DNA of 64,000 bases from positions 43,390-107,389 of the forward strand of contig DCIG01000084.1 of the NCBI GenBank assembly GCA_002315855.1. The letters are read 5' to 3'. Source of the DNA: Lentisphaeria bacterium UBA1732. Lineage in GTDB: Bacteria; Verrucomicrobiota; Lentisphaeria; Victivallales; UBA1829. Shown here in pieces: positions 29,881 through 39,102 of the stretch (the stretch's first letter is position 1; the number at the start of each line of letters is the position of its first letter). The notes under the pieces were generated by a model. It worked only from the letters and a program-made list of their open reading frames with translations, was not told the DNA's origin and searched no databases. The position numbers were made by a program, and so were the translations under genes.

Positions 29881-30861
29881 ATGACAAATACCGAACGACA
29901 TCCTCATATTCCGGTTCTCCCCGATGCCGTGTGTTCCTTCCTCGTTCCGCCCGAACGGAACGTGGAACGGATCATTGACGGGACGATTGGCTTCGGGGGA
30001 CACAGTGCACTGCTTCTGGAACGCAAGCCCGAAGCACGTCTGCTTGGTCTTGACCGGGACGAAACTGCGCTCTCTTATACGCGCGAGCGCCTGTCATTCG
30101 CAGGGGAGCGCGTGACGCTGAAGCACGCGAACTATTCCCGCATGGCGGAAGCGGCGGCGTCTGTCGGCTGGGACAAGGCGGATACGATTCTGCTTGACAT
30201 TGGTGTGTCCTCCTTGCAGCTGGATGAAGCGGAACGCGGTTTTTCGTTCCGTTATCCGGAAGCCCCGCTGGATATGCGCATGGACCGGAGCTGCGGCCGC
30301 ACTGCCGCAGACCTGTTGAATCAGCTGGAACCTGCTGAACTGATTCGCATTTTCGCGGAATACGGAGAGATTCAGGAAGCCAAACGTCTGGCAATGCGTA
30401 TCGCGGAAGTCCGAAAGACCCATCCTTTCATGAAATGCGGCGATTTCGCGGCTGTGTGCGATGAAGTCCTGGGGCGGTTCCACGGACACGGACGCAAAGG
30501 TCCTCCTGCACCGACGCTGGCGTTTCAGGCAATCCGGATTGCGGTGAATGGCGAACTGGACGAATTGACCGGGGGACTGAATGCCGCTGTGTCGCTCTTA
30601 ACGCCGGGCGGACGCATAGCTGTGATTACGTTCCATTCGCTGGAAGACCGGATCGTGAAGAATTTTATCCGGGAAATGGCGATGAACTGCAAATGCCCGC
30701 CGGGACTTCCGGTTTGTATTTGCTCGTGGAGGGCTCTTCTGAAGCCGATAACAGGCAAGCCGGTTACGGCAGACGAAGATGAAATTGCAGTGAATCCACG
30801 TGCCTCATGTGCAAAACTGCGTGTTGCAGAAAAATTGACCAGGCAAGACAACGACAGATAA
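29881..30861 (+). CDS. rsmH: 16S rRNA (cytosine1402-N4)-methyltransferase
   Basis: HIPVL and DGTIGFGGHS motifs. Follows mraZ. Confidence 0.95.
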   Translation: MTNTERHPHIPVLPDAVCSFLVPPERNVERIIDGTIGFGGHSALLLERKPEARLLGLDRDETALSYTRERLSFAGERVTLKHANYSRMAEAAASVGWDKADTILLDIGVSSLQLDEAERGFSFRYPEAPLDMRMDRSCGRTAADLLNQLEPAELIRIFAEYGEIQEAKRLAMRIAEVRKTHPFMKCGDFAAVCDEVLGRFHGHGRKGPPAPTLAFQAIRIAVNGELDELTGGLNAAVSLLTPGGRIAVITFHSLEDRIVKNFIREMAMNCKCPPGLPVCICSWRALLKPITGKPVTADEDEIAVNPRASCAKLRVAEKLTRQDNDR

Positions 30862-30874
30862 AAGGACCGAAGAA

Positions 30875-31351
30875 ATGAACGAATTCAATGTGAATCGCAA
30901 GAGTGTGCAGAAAGGGAATCTGCACAAACAGAAAAAAAACACATGGACCGGTAAAATGCTGCTTGTCATGATTTTTGCGATCAGCTGCATCTTCGGAACT
31001 TTTGTCATGCGTGTACGTCTGATGGACAAGATCGAGAAACTTTCAGCCGAGGGTTACAAAATCCAGTCGATGATTAACCAGAAAGAACTGGAAATTCAAA
31101 GCCTGAAAAACCAGAAAGCACGTCTCTGTTCGTGGGAGAACGTGAGCCGGAAAATCAATGAGCATCATCTGGCTCTGCAAAAGAGAAGTCCTGAACAAAT
31201 TCGATATATGAACCGTTATGACTTTGACAGTATGCGCTATGAAGCTGTATTGACGATGGATGACGATTCAGGGGAAGAAACAGCGGGAATTTCAGCCAAT
31301 ACCGATGTGGCTTCCATCGAATACCGCAGTAATTACGGGCATCTCTTTTAA
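30875..31351 (+). CDS. FtsL-like bitopic cell-division protein
   Basis: The call rests on position between rsmH and ftsI, a single TM helix (MLLVMIFAISCIFGTFVM) and a following coiled-coil-like segment. No sequence family was recognised. Confidence 0.55.
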   Translation: MNEFNVNRKSVQKGNLHKQKKNTWTGKMLLVMIFAISCIFGTFVMRVRLMDKIEKLSAEGYKIQSMINQKELEIQSLKNQKARLCSWENVSRKINEHHLALQKRSPEQIRYMNRYDFDSMRYEAVLTMDDDSGEETAGISANTDVASIEYRSNYGHLF

Positions 31352-31395
31352 TTCGGAATGTTTTTCCTGCATGTTTCCAAAAAAACATTCCGAAT
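31351..31395 (+). other. Perfect 15-bp-stem hairpin between ftsL-like and ftsI
   Basis: ATTCGGAATGTTTTT, a 15-nt loop, then AAAAACATTCCGAAT. No trailing U-run. Confidence 0.5.
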
Positions 31396-31475
31396 GAACC
31401 GTAAAAATTATGAGTTCTGATCTGTTCGACATGTAATCCTCTTCATCCAATATTCATCTGCCAATCACGAAAGAT

Positions 31476-33659
31476 TTGATTCCCATGACAAAATCCCGTT
31501 ATATCATCTTCCGCATGTATGTCGTTTTTCTGCTTATTGTCGCGGGATTCTGCTATATCGGATATAAGCTCTATGATGTGCAAATCGTGCGGCATGAAGA
31601 ACTCCTTGAAAAAGCGAGAAAGCGTTATACCACGCAGCTGGTGGAGCAGGGGGAACGAGGTGAAATTTATGACAACGACGGGCGTCTTCTGGTAGGCAAT
31701 TACCCGACCGTCAAAATCGTTTGCGATCCGTCTCTTATCGCAACGGAAGCGGATTGCAGAATTCTGGCAAGCTGGTTTGCCAAACGGATTCCGGACGTCA
31801 ATGAATTCAAAATTTTCTCGCGCATGATGAATAAGACGATTGAGGTGAAGCACGAAGATGGAACCGTCGAAACAAAACCGCGCAAGTATGCCCTGATTGC
31901 AGAAGTGGACTTGGAGCAGGGGGATTTCATCAAAGCGGAAATCAGCAAGCTGGCAGATCCCGACCTGTCCCGTTTCAAAGAAGCAAATCTGAGGAAACTG
32001 TCCGAAAAAGAACGCGAAGTCATGAGAGAGATGAAAAAGCAGGCTCAGGAGGACGCAAAAAAATACAAGACCATCAGTTTCCGTTCTCACTACCGGCGGA
32101 ATTATCCGAAAAAAACATTGCTTGCCAATATTCTGGGGTTCACCAACAAAGATGATGAAGACTTTATCGCGATTCAAGGGGTCGAACGCACTCTCAATGA
32201 ACAAATGACCGACCAGCCCGGCAAGATGGTGTATGAACGGACGAGAACAGGAAAGCATGTAACGTATGCCAATGACTTCTATGAGCCTGCCCAGGATGGT
32301 TATGATGTGTTCCTGACCATCAAGGAGCCGATTCAGGTGATTGTTGAGGAGGAAATCGACAAGCTGATGGAGCGCGTCAAACCCAATGCCGCCATGATTA
32401 CTCTGGTCGATCCGTTTACCGGCGATATTCTTGCGGCGGCACAGCGCCCGACTTTTAACCCGAATGAAACGGAAAGCCGCACTCAGGATGCAATCGTAAA
32501 CCGTCTTTCCGAGTTTGCCTTTGAACCGGGCTCCATCATGAAATCATTTGTGATTTCCTACGCGCTGGACCGTGGTTTTGTAACTCCGAATACTCCGGTT
32601 GACTGTGAACGTTCTGCATGGTTCTATGCAGGGAAGCTTTTGGGGGATACCCACTATCTGGGAACTGTGCCCGTGTCGGAAATTATCCGTCAGTCCAGCA
32701 ATATCGGAACAGCCAAGGTTGCCGTGCAGATGGGAAAAACGGAGCTGAACAATGCTCTGCGCATGTTCGGGTTCGGCGAACGCACCAATGTGCAGCTGAA
32801 GCCTGAAAGCCGCGGAATGTTCCATCCGCTGAACCAGTGGAGCAATTTGTCGGTGGCGCGCCTGTGCATCGGTCAGGGGATTGCGGTTACTCCGCTGCAG
32901 CTGGCTCGTGCTTACAGTATGATTGCAAATGGCGGGCACATGCTTGATTTGCGTCTGGTTGACCGTCTGGAACGTGGAACGGACATCATCAAAATGCCAT
33001 ACGTTTACAGTGAAGAAAGCGTATTCAAAAATAAAGATACCGCAAAAAAAATCACGGATATGCTTCGCAGTGTAACGGAACCGGGCGGAACCGGAACGAC
33101 TGCCGCTGTACCGGGATTCTATGTGGCAGGCAAGACGGGGACGGCGCAGAAAGCCGTCAAAGGCGGATATGCTGCAGGAAAAATATATTTCTCATCTTTT
33201 GCGGGATTTGTACCGGCCTACAATCCGAAATTTGTGCTGGTCGTAACCTGCGATGAGCCGCACTGGGATCAGAACCGGAACGGAGGTCCTGTTTCCGGTC
33301 CCACTTTCTCCGCGATTGCCGACCGTGTGCTGCGGTACATGAATGTATCGCCCGATTTGCCGGAAGAGCAGTGGCTTGCCGAACGCAAGGAGATTCAGCG
33401 CGAATACCGTGAAAGCCGTCTGAAAGCAGATGCGAAACTTGCGGAAGAACGCCAGAAGAAGGCCGCAGAAACGGCGGCAAAGAGCCGTGCTTCAACGACG
33501 ACGAAGAAGACCACGACAACATCATCACAGAGAATAACAAGCACCAGGACCGCAGCGACTGCGGCACGTTCCGCATCATCAAGTAAAACGACTCCGGCGC
33601 GAACAACGACCACGGCTGCGGTCAAGCGAACGACAAGTTCAACGAAAACTCGAAACTGA
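31476..33659 (+). CDS. ftsI: Peptidoglycan D,D-transpeptidase FtsI / class B PBP
   Basis: SxxK (GSIMKSF), SxN (SSNIG) and KTG (GKTGTA) motifs. N-terminal anchor. About 70-aa Thr/Ser/Lys-rich tail. Confidence 0.92.
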   Translation: MIPMTKSRYIIFRMYVVFLLIVAGFCYIGYKLYDVQIVRHEELLEKARKRYTTQLVEQGERGEIYDNDGRLLVGNYPTVKIVCDPSLIATEADCRILASWFAKRIPDVNEFKIFSRMMNKTIEVKHEDGTVETKPRKYALIAEVDLEQGDFIKAEISKLADPDLSRFKEANLRKLSEKEREVMREMKKQAQEDAKKYKTISFRSHYRRNYPKKTLLANILGFTNKDDEDFIAIQGVERTLNEQMTDQPGKMVYERTRTGKHVTYANDFYEPAQDGYDVFLTIKEPIQVIVEEEIDKLMERVKPNAAMITLVDPFTGDILAAAQRPTFNPNETESRTQDAIVNRLSEFAFEPGSIMKSFVISYALDRGFVTPNTPVDCERSAWFYAGKLLGDTHYLGTVPVSEIIRQSSNIGTAKVAVQMGKTELNNALRMFGFGERTNVQLKPESRGMFHPLNQWSNLSVARLCIGQGIAVTPLQLARAYSMIANGGHMLDLRLVDRLERGTDIIKMPYVYSEESVFKNKDTAKKITDMLRSVTEPGGTGTTAAVPGFYVAGKTGTAQKAVKGGYAAGKIYFSSFAGFVPAYNPKFVLVVTCDEPHWDQNRNGGPVSGPTFSAIADRVLRYMNVSPDLPEEQWLAERKEIQREYRESRLKADAKLAEERQKKAAETAAKSRASTTTKKTTTTSSQRITSTRTAATAARSASSSKTTPARTTTTAAVKRTTSSTKTRN

Positions 33660-33676
33660 ACGCAGTGTTCCAACAT

Positions 33677-33707
33677 GAAAAAAGACCTGGAAACAGGTCT
33701 TTTTTTT
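33677..33707. terminator. Bidirectional rho-independent terminator
   Basis: AAAAAAGACCTG-GAAA-CAGGTCTTTTTTTT between convergent ftsI and the 33737-34726 gene. Confidence 0.75.
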
Positions 33708-33736
33708 GTGGAAACGATTTCTATAAAACGGGAAAA

Positions 33737-34726
33737 TCAGGAACAAGTGATTTTTTCGGGAAGACGCGACAGCATATCCGTCAGCGTGGTAATCAGGCTT
33801 TCAATGGTGCGGATGGTCTCTTTTTTGCCGGAACATTTCATCGCATTGGCGGCAAATTCCGAAACATCGGGAAATTCGAGGACAAGTTTCAGCGGGGTAA
33901 CTGCATCATTTCCCTGCGCTCTGCAAACGGCATCGGCTGCCAGGCATAATTCATTCATGCACATTGCCATTGGACGAAGTCCTGAAGCAAGAGACAATTC
34001 GGTAACGGGGGTGTCCAGATTGCTTTGCTCAAGAACGGGGAAGAAGCGCACTTCAATCTGAATCGCGGGAAAAATACGTAAATCAATCTTTTTCAACGCA
34101 AGAGAATGATTGTCAAGCGATTTTTTGAGTTCATCCGGCAGAGAACGCACGATGTCTTCCGGCTGAATGCGGCAGCTGCTTTCTTCGGAAATTTCGGGAA
34201 GTTCAATCGGAATGCTGTTTAACGTGCCTGAAATGTTCAGAAAATGACGACCAAGCTCGGTAATGAGGATTTCCTGCCCGTGGGGCGTTGCTCCGATGGA
34301 ACGCAGCGTATTGGCAACTTTGCACGTGATTTGAGAAAGAAACGGCTCAATGCCGGGAAGTCCGGAAGCCAGCAGAGAGGAAATGTATTCTTCGCCGGAA
34401 AGCTCCGCAGAAAAATCCTTTTCCCCGTTTCGCAGATATGCCGCCGCAGAATCATGAAGCCCTACAGATTGCAGGACCTTCACAACCATTTCATCCACAG
34501 ACCAGCTCTCCACATAAACCGGTGATTCGTCATTTGTCTTTTGCGGATGATTGTGAAGCAGGGCAAATTCGACCGCATTGACTGCACTGTGCGCCAAAGA
34601 ATCGGGATCATCACGCGTTTCCGGCAGAGTGGCACGTATTCTCTGAATCAAACTGTCCTGATCGAACGGAACGGCTGTCCCGTCGGGGCGGCGCAGGAAT
34701 ATAGTGTGTTCGGAAATGCGAATCAT
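33737..34726 (-). CDS. Hypothetical protein with an N-terminal ATP-cone-like domain
   Basis: 329 aa. N-terminus IFLRRPDGTAVPFDQDSLIQRIRATL ... WSVDEMVVKVLQSVGLHDSAAAYLRNG fits the ATP-cone pattern. Its start overlaps the ClC stop. Confidence 0.6.
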   Translation of the reverse strand: MIRISEHTIFLRRPDGTAVPFDQDSLIQRIRATLPETRDDPDSLAHSAVNAVEFALLHNHPQKTNDESPVYVESWSVDEMVVKVLQSVGLHDSAAAYLRNGEKDFSAELSGEEYISSLLASGLPGIEPFLSQITCKVANTLRSIGATPHGQEILITELGRHFLNISGTLNSIPIELPEISEESSCRIQPEDIVRSLPDELKKSLDNHSLALKKIDLRIFPAIQIEVRFFPVLEQSNLDTPVTELSLASGLRPMAMCMNELCLAADAVCRAQGNDAVTPLKLVLEFPDVSEFAANAMKCSGKKETIRTIESLITTLTDMLSRLPEKITCS

Positions 34727-36543
34727 CAGAAAAGTTCCTTGCGGTGTTCGATATGATAGCGGTAGAGGTCGAACGCGCGATTTTTCGAGATACAGCCTGC
34801 ATATTTGCCGTTGCGAATGACGGGAATCGTAGTAACTTTCTGCTGTTCAAAAACTTCAATGGCATGTCCGAGTGTGTCGGTACTGTTCAGAATAGCTTGC
34901 GGCGGACGCATGATGTCGAAGACGAGTGCAACATCGTACAGAGAGGTTTCCAGCAGAAATTTACGAATATCATTCAGGGTAATCAGCCCGGACAGATTGT
35001 CGTTTTCGTCCAGTACGGGGAAAAGATTGTGATGTGTGCTCATGACTGTTTTCAAGAGGTTGCGCAGAGAATCGGATTCCAGAACCGTGCGGTAGTCTGT
35101 TTCGATGATTTCTCCGACATACGAAACACACAGCGCATCGGCATCCTGCTTGCTGTCCGGATTGTCGCCTTTTTCCGCAATCAGGGTTTTGTAGACATTG
35201 TACGGGCAGAATTTATGGCAGAAGAATGTGGAAAGCGCGGCGACAATCATCAGCGGAATGAGCAGAACATAACCGCCTGTCAGCTCGGCAATCAGGAAAA
35301 TCCCGGTCAGCGGCGCGTGCATGACACCCGCCAGAACGCCGCCCATCCCAATGGCAAGGAAGTTGATTTCACTGATATTATTGCATCCGGGCAGTTCCGC
35401 CAGGTGGATGAACCGCGCCACGGCAAAGCCCAGAAACGCGCCAATACACATGGATGGTGCGAAAATACCGCCATCCGCACCGGATTCCAGACTGGTAACA
35501 GAGGCGGCGGCTTTCAGAAAGACCATGGCAAAGACAAGCAGAAGAAACGACCAGGGGGACTGAAACAAATCGGCGATGGGACTTCCTGCGGAAAAATGAA
35601 GCGTGTCGTTGCTAAGAAGCATGGAGAGAAAATGGTAGCCTTGACCTCGTACCGCTGGAAAAAGCAGAAACGCCCCGTAAAGACAGAAAAATCCGGCAAG
35701 ACCTTTCAGCCACGGATTCCCGATTTTTTTCATCCTGCGGGAGATGAAAATATTGGTGTGAATGACAAATGCAGAGACCAGCCCTGCGGCAATCCCAAGA
35801 ATGACGTAGTAGGGCATGGCTTTGATGTCCCATTGCATCAGCTCCATCGGAAAATTATGCGGCCCGATGACTTGCTGGGAAACTACAAGCGATGTGGCCG
35901 ATGCCAGAATCAGGGGAATCATGGCGGCAATGGCATTCGTGGAATGGGGCAGAATGATTTCAAGCGCGAAAAAAGCTCCCGCTACAGGACTGTTGAACAT
36001 GGCGGAAATGGCGGCGGCACTGCCGCACGCAAGCAGAAGAATCCGGCTCTGACGTCCCAGCAGCAAAGCTCGTCCGAGATTGCTGCCGATGGCGGCCCCG
36101 GTCAGTGCAATCGGGGCTTCCAATCCCGCTGAAACTCCGAATCCGACACTGACGCCGCTGGTAATGATGTGAGAAAAGATTTTGTGAAGAGGAATATTGC
36201 CTTCACGGCGTTCTACACCCATGATGACCCCGCACAAGCCGCGTTCGTAGTGTCCGCGGGCAATGACCTGAGTAACGAAAATGCAGAAGAAAATTCCGAT
36301 GGCAGGCGTGGCAGGAACGAGCCATGGCATCCATTGAGAATCGTCAGGAACAATCAGTAAGGCGGCTTTTTCGCTGTAACTTTCCACCTGACGCATCAGA
36401 ATTGAGGCTGTTCCGGAGAGGAAACCGACCAGTACACTGACCAGAAGAATGTAATTTTGTTCGCCGAGAATTTTTTGTGCAGGGTTAATCAGCTGCAGGA
36501 GTTTCCGGTGAAGCCACAGGAAAAAAACAATGCCGGATGTCAT
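34726..36543 (-). CDS. ClC-family chloride/anion channel-transporter with two C-terminal CBS domains
   Basis: 605 aa polytopic. ClC motifs GLEAP (GxEGP-like) and GGIFAPS. C-terminal tandem CBS. Confidence 0.9.
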   Translation of the reverse strand: MTSGIVFFLWLHRKLLQLINPAQKILGEQNYILLVSVLVGFLSGTASILMRQVESYSEKAALLIVPDDSQWMPWLVPATPAIGIFFCIFVTQVIARGHYERGLCGVIMGVERREGNIPLHKIFSHIITSGVSVGFGVSAGLEAPIALTGAAIGSNLGRALLLGRQSRILLLACGSAAAISAMFNSPVAGAFFALEIILPHSTNAIAAMIPLILASATSLVVSQQVIGPHNFPMELMQWDIKAMPYYVILGIAAGLVSAFVIHTNIFISRRMKKIGNPWLKGLAGFFCLYGAFLLFPAVRGQGYHFLSMLLSNDTLHFSAGSPIADLFQSPWSFLLLVFAMVFLKAAASVTSLESGADGGIFAPSMCIGAFLGFAVARFIHLAELPGCNNISEINFLAIGMGGVLAGVMHAPLTGIFLIAELTGGYVLLIPLMIVAALSTFFCHKFCPYNVYKTLIAEKGDNPDSKQDADALCVSYVGEIIETDYRTVLESDSLRNLLKTVMSTHHNLFPVLDENDNLSGLITLNDIRKFLLETSLYDVALVFDIMRPPQAILNSTDTLGHAIEVFEQQKVTTIPVIRNGKYAGCISKNRAFDLYRYHIEHRKELF

Positions 36544-36546
36544 AAT

Positions 36547-37035
36547 TTATTGCCCGTTATGGAGCGTTTTCGGGAGAGGGGAGGAATGATGCCCGATGGT
36601 GCGGATTTCTTCGATAAATTCATCGATGTCTTTGAAGTCGCGGTAGACGGACGCAAAGCGGACGTATGCCACTTTGTCATATTTGCGGATTTCCTCCATG
36701 GTGCGGCGTCCGATTTCGCTGGTGGGGACTTCGCGGTCAAAGTCGGTTTCGATGGACGCAACGACCGTGTCAACGATCTGGTCGATGACTTCCGGCGTAA
36801 TGTCGCGTTTCCAGCAGGCTTTTTCGATGCCGGAACGGATTTTTGTGCGATCCAGGTCTTCGAGTGTGCCATTGCGCTTGATGACCTTCAATTCCGCTTG
36901 AATGATGGCTTCGTGGGTTGTGAATCGATGCCCGCAAGCATTGCATTCCCTGCGCCGGCGTACAGCGGCACCGTCTCGTGAGGTACGGGAATCGATCACT
37001 TTGTCTTCCTGACATCCGCAGTGTGGACAGCGCAT
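36547..37035 (-). CDS. nrdR: Transcriptional repressor NrdR
   Basis: MRCPHCG...ECNACGHRFTT zinc ribbon plus ATP-cone. ATG at 37035 preceded by AGGAGG. The ORF-track start at 37128 is unlikely. Confidence 0.93.
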   Translation of the reverse strand: MRCPHCGCQEDKVIDSRTSRDGAAVRRRRECNACGHRFTTHEAIIQAELKVIKRNGTLEDLDRTKIRSGIEKACWKRDITPEVIDQIVDTVVASIETDFDREVPTSEIGRRTMEEIRKYDKVAYVRFASVYRDFKDIDEFIEEIRTIGHHSSPLPKTLHNGQ

Positions 37036-37340
37036 GGGGTATGCCTCCTGTATGGTAGGTATTTTCGAGGAACAGATGGTGAGCCGGGCGATATTCCGAA
37101 GATGCAGGTGCTTGTCGTACAGATACATCGGGAATGCACGGGAACAGAGTTGTCGAATGAATCATCGTGAACTCTTATCTGTTTAAAATACACCGGATTT
37201 GGTGAGAAATCAAGAAATAGTCGGTTATATCTTTGAAAAAGTTTTTTCAGTTAGAAAAAAAGTAATAAAAATCCGTATTAACTTGATTTTTCAAAAAAAA
37301 CGTATAAATTAAATATGTTCAGAAAAACAGCGAGGTTCAA

Positions 37341-38135
37341 ATGGATAAAAGAAAGTTTTTCAGATTACTTACTCAATTCGTGAGTGGTTTGAAATCTTAT
37401 GTCGAAACAACCGATGGGCAGTGGTCTATCAAAGGGTTCATTGATGCACATCGGAATGTTTATACCATTTCCTCCGATACGAAAATCATATCAAAAATTC
37501 TTGAAATACATCTTTTCCCGAAAATCAAAGAATTTGCTGATGCAAATGGATTTGAAATTGAGTTGGCTTCAAAACAAAATTATTATCCTGATTTATCATT
37601 CATTTACAAAGAAGACAGGTCTATTATGTTCGCTGTCGATTTGAAAACTACATACCGAAATCCTGACAATCCGGAAGAATGCAATGGTTTTACATTAGGT
37701 TCCCATGGAGAATATTTTATTCATAGGAAAAGTAATAAAAATATTCAACATCCGTATTCAAAATATAAAGGCCACTTTTGTTTGGGAATTATTTACAATC
37801 GTGAGAAAGAAAGCAATATTTCTGAAACTGAAACAAAAAAAATCGGTGAAGTTGAGACAATTGTCTCTGTGATTCGTAATTTCCAATTTTTCTTTGCGGA
37901 AAAATGGAAAATTGCAAGTGATAAAAGTGGAAGCGGGAATACGGCAAATATCGGAAGTATCAAGAATATCAATCAAATAATTGCAGGTAAAGGAATGTTT
38001 ACAGAATACAGGGAAAGATTATTTGATGAGTATTGGATGAGTTATGGGAAAAACTATATGACAAATGAGAAAGGAGAACAGAAGAAAATTACTTCTTTAA
38101 AAGATTATTTGGTTTATCGGGGAATAAAAAAATGA
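37341..38135 (+). CDS. Type II restriction endonuclease, EcoRV family
   Basis: Blocks match my memory of R.EcoRV: SDTKIISKILE, QNYYPDLSF, FAVDLKTTY (PD...D-x-K), AEKWKIASDKSGSGNTANIGSI, YRGIKK. Confidence 0.85.
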   Translation: MDKRKFFRLLTQFVSGLKSYVETTDGQWSIKGFIDAHRNVYTISSDTKIISKILEIHLFPKIKEFADANGFEIELASKQNYYPDLSFIYKEDRSIMFAVDLKTTYRNPDNPEECNGFTLGSHGEYFIHRKSNKNIQHPYSKYKGHFCLGIIYNREKESNISETETKKIGEVETIVSVIRNFQFFFAEKWKIASDKSGSGNTANIGSIKNINQIIAGKGMFTEYRERLFDEYWMSYGKNYMTNEKGEQKKITSLKDYLVYRGIKK

Positions 38136-39019
38136 GTATCATCATTCCTCCTATAAAATGTCAGGGGATTAAAAGTAAATTAGTTCCCAAAATTCTTTCA
38201 TTATCATCTTCTATTTCATACAAAAGGTGGGTTGAACCTTTTATGGGTTCTGGAGTGGTTGCGTTCAATTTGATTCCGGACAATGCTTTGTTATGTGATG
38301 TAAATCCTTATTTAATAGAATTTTATAATTCAATTAAAAATGATGTTATTACTCCTGATTCTGCAAGATGCTTTTTAACAGAAGAGGGGGGACATCTCTT
38401 GGAAGAAGGTGCAGAATACTACTATGAAGTTCGCAGAAGATTTAATGAAAAGCATTCCCCGTTTGATTTCCTTTTTTTAAACCGTTCGTGTTTTAATGGA
38501 ATTATGAGATTCAATTCAAAAGGTGAATTTAATGTTCCGTTTTGTCGAAAAAACAATCGATTTGCGCCGGCATATATTACGAAAATAGTGAATCAAATAT
38601 CTTCTGTTTCTAAAATTATTCATTCAAAAAATTTCGAGTTTTCCTGTCAGGATTTCCGAGTTACATTATCAAAAACGACATTTCAGGATTTTATTTACTG
38701 CGATCCTCCTTATATTGACAGATATGCGGATTATTTTTCTCAGTGGTCAGAATTTGAAGAAGAAGATTTGCTTAATAACCTGAAGAAAATATCAGGTCAT
38801 TTTATTCTGTCAACATGGAAGGAAAATGAATTTCGACAGAATAAGTACATTGCAAAATATTCTCAATGTTTTAATTTTTTCACACAAAAACATTACTACC
38901 ATGTTGGCGGATTTGTTGATAATCGTCATGCCATGGAAGAAGCCTTGTTTTTGAATTATGATGTTGATGAAAAAAAAGAAGAAACTCAGATTTTTGAACA
39001 ATTATGTCTTTCGATTTAA
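38132..39019 (+). CDS. N6-adenine DNA methyltransferase, Dam/M.EcoRV family
   Basis: PPIKCQGIKSKLVP, WVEPFMGSGVVAFN (SAM site), FLFLNRSCFNG and DPPY (CDPPYIDRY). ATGA overlap with the endonuclease gene. Confidence 0.9.
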   Translation: MSIIIPPIKCQGIKSKLVPKILSLSSSISYKRWVEPFMGSGVVAFNLIPDNALLCDVNPYLIEFYNSIKNDVITPDSARCFLTEEGGHLLEEGAEYYYEVRRRFNEKHSPFDFLFLNRSCFNGIMRFNSKGEFNVPFCRKNNRFAPAYITKIVNQISSVSKIIHSKNFEFSCQDFRVTLSKTTFQDFIYCDPPYIDRYADYFSQWSEFEEEDLLNNLKKISGHFILSTWKENEFRQNKYIAKYSQCFNFFTQKHYYHVGGFVDNRHAMEEALFLNYDVDEKKEETQIFEQLCLSI

Positions 39020-39102
39020 GGCTTTTTTTCGGAATTTTGCTTGAATCTTTGTGCAGAATGTTGTATTTTAAAAGATAATGTCGTTACCGAATTTAACCGA
39101 AA

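Noticed and set aside
37129-37340. NrdR boxes or an integration scar between nrdR and the R-M islet
   Set aside because: I could read no convincing 16-bp NrdR-type palindrome pair and no direct repeats flanking the islet. I saw only generic AT-rich promoter-like sequence.
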